From NCBI GenBank assembly GCA_013239625.1, contig MU053652.1:3895902-3959901 (forward strand): 64,000 nt of DNA. Reading direction: 5' to 3'. The stretch comes from Lama guanicoe. Its lineage: Eukaryota. Below the pieces are notes generated by a model. It worked only from the letters and a program-made list of their open reading frames with translations. It did no database searches and was not told the DNA's origin. Positions 37,169 to 49,950 of this stretch are shown piece by piece; the stretch's first letter is position 1, and each line of letters begins with the position of its first letter. The translations under genes and the position numbers were made by a program.

Positions 37169-38129
37169 TCAAGGTATGTTTATTAAAAGATATACCTTCT
37201 ATAATAGAGGAAAATGGGGAGTGGGGTGATCACTGCACCTATAAGGTGCTTTCAAGCATGAACCTAAAGAAAACATTTTAGCCAGACTCCAGTGTATTTA
37301 TATGATCTAAACCATCAGTCATTGATGCATCAGGAGAGCACGGAATGAAAGAGAAGCATTATTAAGTATTTCTTAGTTAGATAAGATAGTATTCTTTAAG
37401 TTGAGTATTTCATATTTTGGTGACCAGTCCCACCATAATGCAGAAGCTGGATAGGAAAACCTGCAATCTAGCTATAGCCCCATTAGTAATTAACCATGTG
37501 CCATGTTTTTCTTACCTAAAGAGTAGAGAAAATAAAACATTGTCCCTTTTATGTAAATAAGACTATCAAGAGTGTAAACCCTTTTCAGGTATTTGGAATT
37601 CAAGATATATTATTATGCTACTTTTTGAACAGCTAAGTGAAGTTTACTTATATTTTACTTGACATATATTCACAGTGCTAAGTATTTTAGAGAGAACCTT
37701 AAATGCCAGGTAAATATTACATTTAAATATATGTTTAAATTATAGAAAAAGTGACTAAAACTCTAAATGAAAAAAAGATTATCTCACTAAGTTTAAGACC
37801 ATCTAAATGTTTGTGAAGGAAGAAAGACTAGGCTAACATGTATTAAAATTATAAAGTAATTTGTGTTTAAATTGATGAGATAGTAAAGGGTTTTGTTTCT
37901 GTTTTTCAAAATTTTGCTTGTATACAGTATTTTCACACTGAATACAATCTTTGAGAAGAAAGATTGTGGAAACCAATAATACCAGATTTAATTAAAGGAA
38001 AATTACTCTAATATTTAGCTTTCCTCTTTGTACATTTGAAATTTCTATAGTAGGAAAAGACTCAAGAAATTATTGCATGTAATTTTGGCAGCCATTGGAT
38101 TATTAAACAAGGTCTCCTCACTGATTTTT

Positions 38130-39410
38130 AAAAATACAATTTTAGTAAAGTTTTAAATGATACCTAACACATAAAAGTGCACAAATCAGAAGTGTGGGGC
38201 TCCATGAAATTGCAGCATCAACTCACCTATGTTAGCTGTGTAACCACCACCTTGACAGAGAACTAGACCATCCTCAGCATTGTCCTCATGCCTCCTCCTA
38301 GTCATTACCACCTACTTCTCCCGAAAGGCAACCATCAGCCTGACTTCTAACACCATAGATTAATTTTGCCTGTTTTTGAAGTTTATATACCTGGAAATTT
38401 ATATACCTGGAAATTCTCTGCTTCTTTTGTTCAACATAGTTTGTGAGAGTCACCATATCATACATAGTTATAGGTCCTTCCTGCAGTTTACAAATATACC
38501 ACAGTTTATCTGTTCCACAGTTCTGGACGTTTGAGATGTTTCCACTTTGATGTTATTTATCATAATGCTTCCTGTGCAGTGCATGTGTCTGGATGCACAT
38601 ATACTTATGCAGTTCTGTTGGGCAGATTCCCAGGAGTGGAAGTGCTGGATCATCAGATAGGTGTTAGGTTCGGTTTTAGTATCCCCAGTTTTCTAAGGAG
38701 GTTGTACCAATTTACACTCCCACCAGCAGTGTGTGAAAGTTGCAGTTGGTCCACATTCTTTGCCAACACTTGGTATTTTCAGTCTCTCGAACTGTCACCA
38801 TTCTAGTGGGTGGGTGTGGTATCTCATGGTGGTTTCAATTTGCATTTCCTTGTTTACTAAAGAAGTTAAGCACCATTTCATATCCTTATTGCCCATTTGT
38901 ATAACTTCTATGAAATGTCTGTTGAAGCCTTTGTCAACTTTTCTGTTGAGTTGTACCTTTTTCTTATCGACTTGCAGGAGTTTGTACATTCTGGCTGTAA
39001 GTACTTTGTGGGTTCTATGTGGTGCCAATATCTTCTTCCTCTTTGTGATTGTCGCTTCACTCTCTTTGTGGTGAATTTTGGGGAAAAAAATTAATCTTTT
39101 TCTTAATGGTTAGTGCTTTGCGTGTCCTGTTTAAGCGATCTTTGCCTGCCTTAAGGTCATGTGCAGAGTTTCCTGTATCATCTTCTTGAAACTATATTAT
39201 TTTAATTTTCACATTTAGCTCTACCACCTGCATGGAATATATGTTTGTGTAATGATGTGAAGTAAAGGTCAAGCTGCTGCTTTTTTTAAACATAAGGATA
39301 TCCACTAGACCCAGCATCATTCATTAATACCGTGTCCTGCACTGCCACCACACTAAACAAGTGATCATATATATGTGAGTCTTTCTGGATTTGGGCTTTC
39401 TATTCTGTGA
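38130..39410 (-). mobile_element. Ancient L1 (L1MB/ME-like) 3' portion
   Basis: Minus-strand ORF2 remnant KDMKWCLTSLVNKEMQIETTMRYH (38795-39028); 3'UTR ATAAAAGTGCACAAATC...GTAACCACCACC. Confidence 0.85.
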
Positions 39411-39934
39411 CTTTAGACTTCACAGATCTTTTAATTCATGGGAAAAAAAACCCCAATACTTTAGGAGGGAAAAAAGGAAAGGTTAGGGGCATTTATTATA
39501 AACTTACAGAAATAGTAAAATCATTATTATTACTTTATTTGTTCTAATTTCAAAGTTATCTACTTTTTAAAAACAAACATTCAGAACTACAATATAAACT
39601 GTCAACCACTTAATTTTCTTCTTTTTAGTTCTATAGACTGTTAGAGATGAAGCAGTGATGATGTTAAATGGAACAAACCTCAGAATGATCCTCCACTAGA
39701 GCACTTTGTGCCAACTGTTTAAGGCACTGAATTTTGAGTATAATCTTTCAAAATTATTCCAACAAAGATTAAATACATTATTAGAGACTTTTTATCTAAA
39801 AGCATTTTATATACAAATAATTTTTAGACTCCAGCAACAGTAGGAGCATACATTTCATAGTTTAAACCCACTTGGATATGAATTCAACTTGGGTTAGTAT
39901 CTTTGCAGAAAATTATCAGTCACTTAATTTTTTA

Positions 39935-40550
39935 AATTTATTTAAGTTTTTAAATATATTTCTTGTGGTTCAAACATTAAAATGTATATAAAGGCATACA
40001 GTGAAAAGCCTCCACTTCGATTGCTAGTTTCCATCCACCTCAAGAAAGAACAACTGCTATTAGTTTCTTATTTTTCTTCCAGATATTTTTAATGCATATA
40101 TAAGCTAACACAAAAATATATTTTTCACAGTGATAGTATGCTCTATATACTCTTCTGTACCTTGCTTTTTTTTTAACCTAACATACTGTAAAGATTTTTT
40201 CATAATAATACAAAAAGAGATTCCTCATTCTTCTATATATAGCTATTCTATTCATTCTATATATAGGTGCATAGTGTTCTATTAAATACATGTATCATAA
40301 TTTAATTACCCTGGTGATGGACATTTAGTTTGTTTTTAGCCTTTTGCTATTATAAATAATGCTACATAGAATTGTCTGAATGGCATTTTACCTGGGAGGG
40401 AGTATAATTGTAGGACACATTCCAAGAAGTGGAATTGTTAAGTCAAAGGGTTTCCTTGACCAGATACTGACAAATTCTCTTAAGAGATTGTTCCTTCTTA
40501 TACTCTCAGCAGCAACAGATGAAGGTGTCTCTTTCTCAAGAACTTTGCTA
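39935..40550 (-). mobile_element. L1ME-like fragment
   Basis: AACTGCTATTAGTTTCTTA...TGATGGACATTTAGTTTG...AGAAGTGGAATTGTTAAGTCAAAGG. Confidence 0.7.
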
Positions 40551-40869
40551 ACATATCATGGATACTTGTTTATCTGGAATAATACAGAGTATTAAAACAA
40601 TCAAATATATGTAATCACATTACATGTTATCACTGTTAAATAAAATTTTTATGGCCACTTATTGCAAAAAAAAAAAAGTTATCCATAAATGGAATATACT
40701 ACCTACTCCAAATCTTAAGCTCTTTGTGCTCCATTTTTCCTTTCTTTTCACAATGATGAGTTTTTACTTCCCTGTAGCCCCAAATCATTTCTGACAAATA
40801 TTTTATCTATTTTAAAATTATTTCTTACTTTAATAGCATCATAAACCTTAAAAATTATTTTTCTTATGT

Positions 40870-41440
40870 AAAAATGACCCTCCCATTACTCAGCTTCAAC
40901 TCTCAATTCATAGCTGATCTTATTTCATCTACATCTTCCCTACTCAGAACTATTTCAAAGCAAATTCCAAACTTCATGTAATTTCTCTATAAATATTTAC
41001 AGATGCATCTATAAAATATAGGGACATAACCACACTAGCATTATCCTACCTTAAAAAAGTAACAATAATTTCTTAATATCATTAAATATCCCATCAGTGT
41101 TCATTTTCCCCTGATGTCTCTTTAAAAACTTTTTTCTCATTGTTTACTTAAATCTTGATTCAAACAAGGTCTATCTATTTAGATGGGTTACATTTCTTTT
41201 TCTCCATGTATAGTCCTCTGCATTTCCTGTAAATTGATAATTAGATCTACAGACTTAATTAGATTTTAGTGCAGAAATATTTTTGGAAAAAATAACTAAC
41301 AAATTTAAAATGATAAAAACATTTTGGGGGCAAGATTATTTCATAGATGGCAGTGTGTGTTACTATCAGTTGGGACACAATATCTAATTGCCTATCTTTT
41401 TTAGATGTTATCATGAATTGATACCTAGATCCTTTAAAAC
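40870..41440 (-). mobile_element. L1MC/ME-like fragment
   Basis: TATTTCAAAGCAAATTCCA...ACATAACCACACTAGCATTATC...AATAATTTCTTAATATCATTAAATATCC. Confidence 0.6.
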
Positions 41441-41599
41441 TTTATAGAACTTTAATTATGTCACTTTTAATTCCCATAGTGGACATACACTTTTTTGATC
41501 TGCCTTGTATACCTCCTTTGGAGGTACTACTGTTCCCCGACTCTTGGTCTTTTTGTTGGGGGTGGGGTGGTGGGGGAGGGAGGCAGATTCTACCCCTAA

Positions 41600-42186
41600 A
41601 CTTTCAGTTCCAAGGCAGGGCACAGAATCCTCTATCTGAGACCACACTGATTAATTCAAAGAAGAGATCCCAAGCTGGGTCAAAGGAAAGCATCTATGAG
41701 CTTTTTGCTAAAGAGAGTAGAAAGGAAGTACAGTCTGTGATCTGTATCTGGGGATGCGAAACCCGCAGATACAGAGGGCCCACTGTTATGGACTTGAGCA
41801 TCCATCGATTTTGGTATCCTTGGGGGTCCTGGAAAAAAATCCCCTGCGGATGCCGAGGGACAACTGAACTCTCTTTTCTCTGGGCATGTAAGGTAAGGTG
41901 TAAGAATCAAATAAGCTTAGAGAGGCCAGAGCAGCCTTCTTTGCTCCCAAGAGAAAGGGCTGCCTGGAATCAGCCAGTCTGGGGAAAACAGAGTGGAGAG
42001 ATGGAGAATGATACGGAGTCCCTGAATCCAGCTTTCCCTAAATCCAGCAGTTTACCTGTGTGGTTTTATCCCCTTTTCTTTTCCCTCCCTCCTTCTCCTC
42101 CTATTTCTTTTTCTTCTTCTTCTTCATTTATGCTCATTTTAGGTTCTTTTCCTACAATTTGCAACCTAAAGAGACTCCACTAACAC
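41600..42186 (+). mobile_element. Ancient MaLR LTR (MLT1-like) interrupted by a Tigger MITE
   Basis: CCCAAGCTGGGTCAAAG...GTCCCTGAATCCAGCTTTCCCTAAA...TTTGCAACCTAAAGAGACTCCACTAACA. Confidence 0.55.
41731..41866. mobile_element. Short MER2/Tigger1-related MITE
   Basis: TA-CAGTC...GGATGCGAAACCCGCAGATACAGAGGGCC...GGACTTGAGCATCC...CCCCTGCGGATGCCGAGGGACAACTG. Confidence 0.85.
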
Positions 42187-42621
42187 AGCTTCCCACCCTC
42201 AAGTTTTTAAAATAATTTAATATTTCAGTTTGCTGAATAAAATGCTCCAAATTCTTCCTTTTCCTTCAACTTCATTCAACTCTCTTTCAATTCTGGTTTT
42301 ACTGGTACCTAATTCTTGTTTAATGAAGGGTCATCCAACACTGAACACAATGCCTGCAAAGCCGTATTGTAAATACTATGAAAGATACAGCTCTTCCTTA
42401 AGGTGCTCTGGCCAGGGGAGGAAGCCAGACATTTACACAGGAAAAAGTGACCAGCACCACCAGCAAGATCACCAGATGCCAAACAGTGAACACGACGCCA
42501 GAAGAAAAAGTCCTCACTCTTCTCTAGAGTGGACAGAAAAGAATTCACAGAGAAGATAAACAAGACTGGGGGTTTTGTGTTATATTTTAGTAGATAGTAC
42601 ATTGACCTGGTCCAACCTTCG

Positions 42622-42990
42622 AAAGGTACATATAATGTAAAATTTACATCTTAACCATTGTTAACTGTACAGATCAGTGACACTAAGTACATTCACATGT
42701 GCCACCATCGCCACCATCCAGCCCCAGAACGCTTCTCATCTTGCAAAACTGAAACTGCACCCTTTAAATAATGACTCTCCATTCATCCTTCCCCCAGGCC
42801 CTGACAACAAACTTTCCACTTCCTGTCTCTATGAGTTTGACTGCTCTAAGTAACTCACACAAGTGGAATCATACACTATTTTTCCTTGTGTCTGGCATGT
42901 TTCACTTAGCATGTCCTCAAGGTTCACCCATGTTATAGCAGGTGTCAGAATTTCCTTTCTTTTTAGGTTAAATAATATTCCATTAACCAT
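42622..42990 (-). mobile_element. L1MB-like 3' end
   Basis: ATAATGTAAAATTTACATCTTAACCATTG...TCATCTTGCAAAACTGAAAC...GTCAGAATTTCCTTTCTTTTTAGG. Confidence 0.85.
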
Positions 42991-43797
42991 TTGGTTTTTT
43001 GAGAATACAGATCCTGCTGTTCTACTCCTTTGCAGTGTGCACCAGCAAGCACTTCTCTAGAAGGCCAAAGACCTTACATGTCTTTTATTTACTGGGCAGA
43101 AGGACCTACCAGCATGATTGTTTTCCCCAGGGACTGCCAAGGACCCTACCTTCAACACCTCCGGAGCTCGGAGCCTTGTCTTGGTTAACTTGGTTTCTGC
43201 AAAAAAAAAAAAAAAAGGTTCCTTTCAGTGCCCTTTAGGAACTCCTTCCTCTTAGTCCTTCAGGAACTGGAGCTGACCCAGAGCCCATCCTGCTGAGCAG
43301 CTTCTGGTGGGCTTTCTCAGTAGAGAGTTTTCAGAACTTCTGCCTTTTTTACTCTGCTGTGCTCGCTGGTTGCCGGAGGCAGGTCGTTCTCTGGCCCCAC
43401 CCTCCTCTATCCTTTCAGGTGCAAAAGACTGGGTGCATCTGGGACTTTACACCTTTATGTGTTCCTGGGGCCTGTGCTGAATCTTTCACAGGGAAAGATT
43501 GCACTACTGTCTCCTTTATTCTTTATTTCCATTGCGTTTTCATGTTCTTTAACAAAACAAAACAATTGTACTTTAAGAGAATCCCCTTGTTCTTAGGAAA
43601 CACACCTATGCAGTACACCTGGTGAATACAGTAGGCTGCTGATGACCAGCAGGTGAGCCCAGTTCCTGGCTGTTTAGGGGTAAAGGAGCACAGTGTCTCC
43701 AGTTTACAAATGGTTCCCTAAAATGCATCTATATGAACACATAAAGAGAAAGGATGATAAAGCAATTGGGATAAAATGTAACAACTGGTGAGTCTGG

Positions 43798-44154
43798 TGC
43801 AATAGGCTGAATGTTTGTGTTTCCCCCAGATTCTTGTGTTGGAGCCCTAACGCTCAGTGTGATTGGTATTTGGAGGCGGTATCTCTGGGAGATAATTAGG
43901 ATTAGGTGAGGTCAGGAGGGTGGAGTATTCATGATGGGATTAACACCCTTATCAAAGGAGGAGGAGACACCAGATCTTTCTCCCTCCTACCAAGGACTAC
44001 GATGTGTGGACACAATCCAGAAGAGGGCCTTCACTAAGGATGCCACCATGCTGTGGCCTGATCTCAGGCTTCTGCCCTCCAGAACCACGGGGAATGAATT
44101 GTTGTTTAAGCCATCTGGTCTACGGTGCTCTAACAGCCCAAACTAACTAAGAAA
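43798..44154 (+). mobile_element. MaLR solo LTR (MLT1A-like)
   Basis: TGCAATAGGCTGAATGTTTGTGTTTCCCCCAGATTC...CAGCCCAAACTAACTAAGA. Confidence 0.88.
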
Positions 44155-44462
44155 TCTCCACCCATGAACCCTCTCCCTCCCTCTTCCCTAGGGAAGGAGG
44201 TGGCACTCATTGATTGGTGATGCTGGAGAAGGACCTTTTAGAGAGGTTATCCTCTGGATGATACAATCCTGGCCTCCGTGTGGTCAGCTCCAGAGTGTGC
44301 ACTGCCCCTGCAGAGGGCAGTTCTATGTGGTTAAGTCCAACATAGGGAAGGGATCCAGCAAAAAGTGTGTGACTGTAGACCCAAGTCCTGTTCTCCAAGC
44401 CCCTTCATCTAATAATGTTGATATTTTATCTCTATTTATGCCTTGCTTTTACATTCAGAGGG

Positions 44463-44842
44463 TGCTATAGACTGAATGTATGTGTGTCCCTCGCTTCAAA
44501 TTCACATGTTGAAAACTAACCTCCAATATGATGGTATTAGGAGGCAGGGCCTTTGGGAGGTGATAAGGTATTATGAATAATGATATGTGGGGGCCTCCTA
44601 AATAGGATTAGTGCCCTTGTAAAAGAGACTTCAGAGAACCCTCTCACCCCTTCTGCCACATGAGGACGCCTCAAAATGGAGCTGTCTTTGAAGGAGGAAG
44701 TAAGCTCTCACCAGACACTAAATCTTCTGGCACCTTGATCTTGAACTTCTCAGCCTCCAGAACTGCAAGAGATAAATTCCTATTGCTTATAAATCACTCA
44801 GTCTATGGTATTGTGCTGCAGCAGCTGGAAAGGACTAAGACA
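44463..44842 (+). mobile_element. MaLR solo LTR (MLT1A-like)
   Basis: TGCTATAGACTGAATG...GGACTAAGACA; 5-bp TSD GAGGG / GAAGG. Confidence 0.9.
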
Positions 44843-45029
44843 GAAGGAAATTCTAAACACAGCAGATTATCTGACATGTTTGTATGAAAAATTCAATTGA
44901 AAGGCTATTGGAGGGTGTGCTCCATAGAAAACAAATTAAATGAAATACCAAGGTAAATATTAACTTGGGGAGGGGGTGTGTGGATAGGGGGATTGCACAA
45001 AAAATGAAATTAAGGCACAATCAGTAGTC

Positions 45030-45535
45030 TCAGCATTCATTCACTCCAGATGTCTATTGACAGCCCTCTTCATGCCGGGTATGTTCCTAGGCCCAGAGGA
45101 CACAGTGGTAAACAAAGTCCCTTTCCTCAATAAATACACAATAAGTATTTAAATCAATAAGTACATAAAATAATATCAGGGTGTATGTGTGATAACTTTG
45201 TGAAGAAAAGTAAAACCAGGAAAATAGATGGAAAGGGAGGGTATTATTTTAGATAGGATAGTCTGGAAAGACTTTTCTAATCAGGTGATATTTGAACAAA
45301 TTCATGACTGAAATAAAGAAGCAGGTCAGACAAACATCAGGGAGGAATGTATTCTAACAGAGGCAAGAGCAAGTGCAAAGGCCCTGAGGTAGGAGTACAC
45401 TCAGTGTGTCATAGGTTTGAGGAACCAGGGAGGCCACTGGTGTTGGAGGGGCGTGATGGAGAGGGAAACAGCAGGGGGGAGATGGAGCCAGGGGCCAGAT
45501 CCTATGGGGCCCAGCAGGATGTGGCAAAGACTTGA
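45030..45535 (-). mobile_element. L2 3' fragment
   Basis: CATTCATTCACTCC...TTCTAACAGAGGCAAGAGCAAGTGCAAAGGCCCTGAGGTAGGA. Confidence 0.85.
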
Positions 45536-46434
45536 ATGATTCATAATCATGATTAAGTACACCACTGAATATTGATGTAACTAAAACTTGTGATAGGAGG
45601 ATGGAGATTTTGCAAAAATGTCAAATCCTCATCTACCATAACAGAAAGTCATAGAGGACATCTAAAATTGATAAATTAAGCAATATAACAATAAGCATTT
45701 TATTTGGACATATGGAGAAAAGTACCAGAAGAAACTGCTAAAAGTTGACATTGATTCCCTCCAGAGAGGAGCCGGGCTAGACGGCAAGGCAGTGGGGCAG
45801 GAGAACATTGCTGATCATTATGAGGCTGTTAGTATAACATAATTTTAAAAACCGTATGCCATATTGCTCTGACAAAACCAAACAAACAAAACAGGAAACA
45901 AAAACCACTGAAAAACCAATGAGTGACCTCCCGTGTCCTAGTTTCACCAGCAATGACAGCGGTGACCTCCTGTTAAGCTGAAATCTGGCTCCCTGTAATG
46001 GTCACCCATTGGCCTAGTTCAGCTGTTTGGAAAGACCTGGAGAAGGCTGCTCCCTCCTCCCCATGCAGGTCATCAGGTATGTGAAGCAGATCGCTAGTGA
46101 GTCACTCTGAGACTGCCCAGCTGCTTCGACTCTTCCTCACTAGACAAGGTTTCCTCAGAGAACCAGCTCAACACGGAGATAAGCAGCAGCACAGATGGGC
46201 AGCCTGGAGGCTAAGATAAGGGATGGGACAGGGTTTGAACTTAAAACCCAACCGATTAAGGCATTCTTACTCTGCTTCACCCTGCTGTGGGCCATGTTTG
46301 GTGGGAGAAGTTATGAAGGAAGAGAATTTACACTCACTGAGTATTTGCTTTGCTCTAGTTTAAGTGCCAGAGGCTTTATATACATTATTTAATTTAATCC
46401 TCAAAAACAACCCTAAAAAATTTTTTTTAAAAAA

Positions 46435-46581
46435 GGGGGTAGAGTAGAGCTCAGTGATAGAGTGCATGCTTATTATGCATGAGGTCCTGGGATCAATCCC
46501 CAATACCGCCATTAAAAAAAAAAAGTAAGTAAATAAATAAACGTAATAACCCCCAAAACAAAAACAAATTGGAAAAAAAAA
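46435..46581 (+). mobile_element. tRNA-Ala-derived SINE (Vic-1-like) inside a MIR (~46330-46920)
   Basis: GAGCTCAGTGATAGAGTGCATGCTTATTATGCATGAGGTCCTGGGATCAATCCCCAATACC plus A tail. Confidence 0.9.
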
Positions 46582-46597
46582 CTCAATCCTGTGTGTT

Positions 46598-46808
46598 TAA
46601 TACCAGTGAACTGTACACTTAAAAATGATTAAGATGAATGTATTGTAGAACACAGGGAATATAGCCAATATTCTGTAATAACTGTAAATGGAAAGTAATC
46701 TTTCAAAACTGAACAGAATTTTTTTTTAAATTAAAATTAAAAAATGGTTAAGATGATAAATTTTATGTCGTGTATTTTACCGCAATTTAAAAAACAAACA
46801 AACAAAAC
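46598..46808 (+). mobile_element. L1MB-type 3' terminus with a nested younger L1 3'UTR fragment (46638-46739)
   Basis: TGAACTGTACACTTAAAAATG...TAAATTTTATGTCGTGTATTTTACCGCAAT; insert ACACAGGGAATATAGCCAATATT flanked by a 17-bp TSD. Confidence 0.85.
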
Positions 46809-47449
46809 ACCTTGTATGGAAAGTATTGCCCCATTTTTCAGAAGAGGGAACAGAAACAAGAAATTAAGTAACTTGTTCAGACTTCCCAGTCTGAATCAGG
46901 TGTGTTTGGCTTGGAAGCCAGTGGCTTTCTGCCCTGCTGGGAGGTCTCGGGCGATAAGGTCAATGCCAAATGAAACGGAAGGAATCAGCTCTGGGACGGG
47001 ATCATGATCTTTACAGTCTCGCAATTTTGCCCGCTGCCAACTTGCATTCCTCCCTGGAGAAGTGAGCAAATGCTGAAATGAGGCTTATTAATTAACATCC
47101 CCCCACCCACCCCGCTGCATTCAGCAGCTCTGAGAGAGGGGGGTCCATCAGTCTGTTTCTCACCTGTGATGGCCACGTCCATGAGGGGCTGCACTGTCTG
47201 CAGCAGTACACGCAGCTCCAAGACTTCTCAGATACTCTGCGGGAGGGTCCTTTCACTTGATTTCAGGTTCTGAAGTAGCTGAATTTTTAGGTGATGCAAA
47301 TCCAATTCTTTCCCTGCAGGAGCTGGAGGAAGCGACAAGTACTTGACAGAGGGCAAAGAGATTATCAGCATATCATTAAAATCCAGTTGGGAGAACAGGG
47401 TTGGGGGAGGGAAGGCTTAGGAGGACAGGTGAAGGTGCGAAGAATAATT

Positions 47450-47960
47450 ACAATAGTAATACCATCAAACACTTATAAAGCATGCCATGTGGCAGACACT
47501 GTCCTAAGCACTTTGTATGTGTCAGTTCATTTAATTCTCATAAGCACTCTATAGGGTTATTATCAGTTATTATCAGTTAGCTAAAGAGTATGCAGTTTAT
47601 AAAGCACTGAATTATCCTATATGCCAATTTCCATCTAAGGAAGTGGGAGAGTATTATTTATAATAGACAAAAACTAGAAACTACCTAAATGTTCAACAAC
47701 AGAGAATATTAAAGCCGAGGAATTTATGCAGATAAAAATGACAAATAATAATAATCATCATTATTTCCTAAGTACTTGCCATCTCCATGCCTGCTTTCCA
47801 TATATTACCTCCTCTAATCTTTAAACAACCCTTTAAGGGAGGTCCTTGTAGGAGCCCATTTTACAGGTATGGAGACTGAGGCTCAGAAGCCTCGGAAGGT
47901 TACCTGGAGTATACGTAAAACTGAATCCCATCTAACTTCAGGATCCATGCTCTTACATAT
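47450..47960. mobile_element. MIR fragments with an intervening L1M fragment
   Basis: CATGTGGCAGACACTGTCCTAAGCACTTT; CCCATTTTACAGGTATGGAGACTGAGGCTCAGA; AAAACTAGAAACTACCTAAATGTTCAAC. Confidence 0.7.
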
Positions 47961-48514
47961 GATGTGATCCTACCTCTGAAGATCAGAAGGTAAAAAAATA
48001 TTGCCCCAAACTGCTACTTGCCATGATTACAATCTTATAAAACCTGAGGCCATGGGAAAATGCTAACCATTGACTACAGGCTCCCCCTGGAGCTTCTGCT
48101 GGTGTGGCTGAGTTTACTGATAACTTCAGAGCACAGATCAGAAAGGATCACATCCAAGTCACATGATGTCATCACCTTTCTCCAAAGTCCTTTGATTTTC
48201 TCACCAATGCTGGCTTCTCGCCACCCCTCTGGCTCCTCTGAGCATCTCCTGCTTGCCCCTCTCACTGTCCTTCCTCTGCACTAGCCTCCTCCCTTTTCAG
48301 GAGCAAAGCCAGCCAATCCCCTCTGTCCTCCCGCAGAGCCTCTTTCCCTCAGCTCCCTGCTAACTTCATTCCCACAGATCACTGAATCTCCAGGAGACCC
48401 AGCAAGGTCCTTTTCCTCAAAAGATGCCTCCTTTCCTAAGAGGAGTTCTAATAATGACTCTTCAGGAAAAAAGATTTGTGAAAAACAAAACCTTTTACAT
48501 TTGTGATCATCTGA

Positions 48515-48910
48515 GATCAGTTTATCAAGAAAACAGACGGGGTAAGACAGAGATTTGCGTGCAGGAGGTTTACAGGGACATGATCCTGGGAACAGTCCTG
48601 TAAGGAGTCAGGTAAGCAGGACTGAACAGAGGGAGAAGTTAAGCTTCGGTGCAATTGCAGTAAGAGTCTTCGCCCAATCCCGCAGAAAGTTCTGTAACTG
48701 ATATGGCCCTTTGGAGTTAATGCCATTGAGGCAAGGGGGCCAGGCCTTTGTGCTCCCCTTGCCGCATGCATATTGGCCATCAGTCACTGCATTTGGACAG
48801 CCTACTGGGCTGAGGACTGGTCCAGATGGGGACAGAGGAGGCAAACTCCCAGCAGCTGTGGGGTGGGGCACCTGGATCCTAAAGGCTTCATGTGGATGGC
48901 AGACACTGCA
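48515..48910 (-). mobile_element. ERVL LTR (LTR16-like)
   Basis: AGACAGAGATTTGCGTGCAGGAGGTTTA...GCAGGACTGAACAGAGGGAGAAGTT...GGCCAGGCCTTTGT. Confidence 0.75.
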
Positions 48911-49654
48911 GTAATAATGTTTTTAAAAGTATAAAACCATCTAAATTGAGGATTTGATCAATCAGTCATGGTACATCTATGCCAAAGAATACTATGCAGT
49001 TGTTAAAAACTCAGTCTATTTACTGACATGGAGTGGTAGTCAAGATATGGTCTTAAGTGAAAAAAACAAGCTGCAAAATAGTATTAACTCATTACTCCAT
49101 TTTTATATTTAATAAATAAATATTAAATATATATAATCTAAAAATATCTAGTCCAAAGTTTTAATACAGGCTGCCTCTGGAGAGGCAGTTATACTTTAAA
49201 AAATTAACAATAAACATCTTTTATTATAATAATCTTGAGCATAAGACTTTTCTGGAAAAAAAGTCCTAGCAAAATGAAACCAGGTAGCTGTTGATCAAAT
49301 TTAAGCCAAGGAAGTGACTTTTCTTGCTGCCGACTTGAATTTCTCTCTCCATCACTTTGCTGTACAAAATGGCATTTCTCTGCACTTCCTGCCTTAAATT
49401 GTGCTGCAGCCTGAGCAGCTGTTGAGCAGCTGTCACGACCTGTTCCAACACAGAGGTGGCTGCGAGAACCTAACGGGAAGTCTGTTGGCATCTTGTCCCG
49501 TGGAGGAGGAACCGGAAGAGCTGGGGTTGCCCAAATTCCACACATTTGTTGCCATGCAACAAACTCCCAGGCTGCAGCAGCTCAGCGTCCCTCGAGGCAG
49601 GAATCCTAGCCGCTCTGTCTTCATCTGTCATCCTTATCATCATCATCTTCAAAA

Positions 49655-49950
49655 GAACAATGACCATTCATTGAGAGCTTACCATGTGCCAAGCACTTTA
49701 TATATTCATCCTCTCTTTCCTTTCTCATGGCAATCTTATCCTGTTTTGCAGATAAGAAACAGAAGCCTGCACAACTTTGTGAATATACTAAAAGCCACTG
49801 TACCACACACGGTAAAGGGGTGAATTTGTGGTATGTGAATACTATCTCAAAAAGCTATTTAAGAAGGGAGAGAGAACTAAAGTCCAAATAGGCCAGATAA
49901 CTTGCCCAAGATCTCCGAAGTACAAAGTGGCAGGATGTCGTCAGCAAGAA
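49655..49950. mobile_element. MIR interrupted by an L1M 3' terminus (~49770-49865)
   Basis: TTGAGAGCTTACCATGTGCCAAGCACTTTA; GTGAATATACTAAAAGCCACTG...GGTATGTGAATACTATCTCAA. Confidence 0.75.

Noticed and set aside
40575..40680. AATAAA (40639) followed about 21 nt later by A12, suggesting a processed pseudogene 3' end
   Set aside because: No convincing TSD and no recognisable body; plausible by chance in AT-rich DNA.
41458..42183. 241-aa ORF, the longest in the window
   Set aside because: Runs through MLT1-like LTR, Tigger MITE and low-complexity sequence; no domain or splice support.
43798..44842. Two same-orientation MLT1A LTRs as one provirus
   Set aside because: The second LTR has its own 5-bp TSD (GAGGG/GAAGG), and I could not recognise the 310-bp spacer as MaLR internal sequence; more likely independent solo LTRs.
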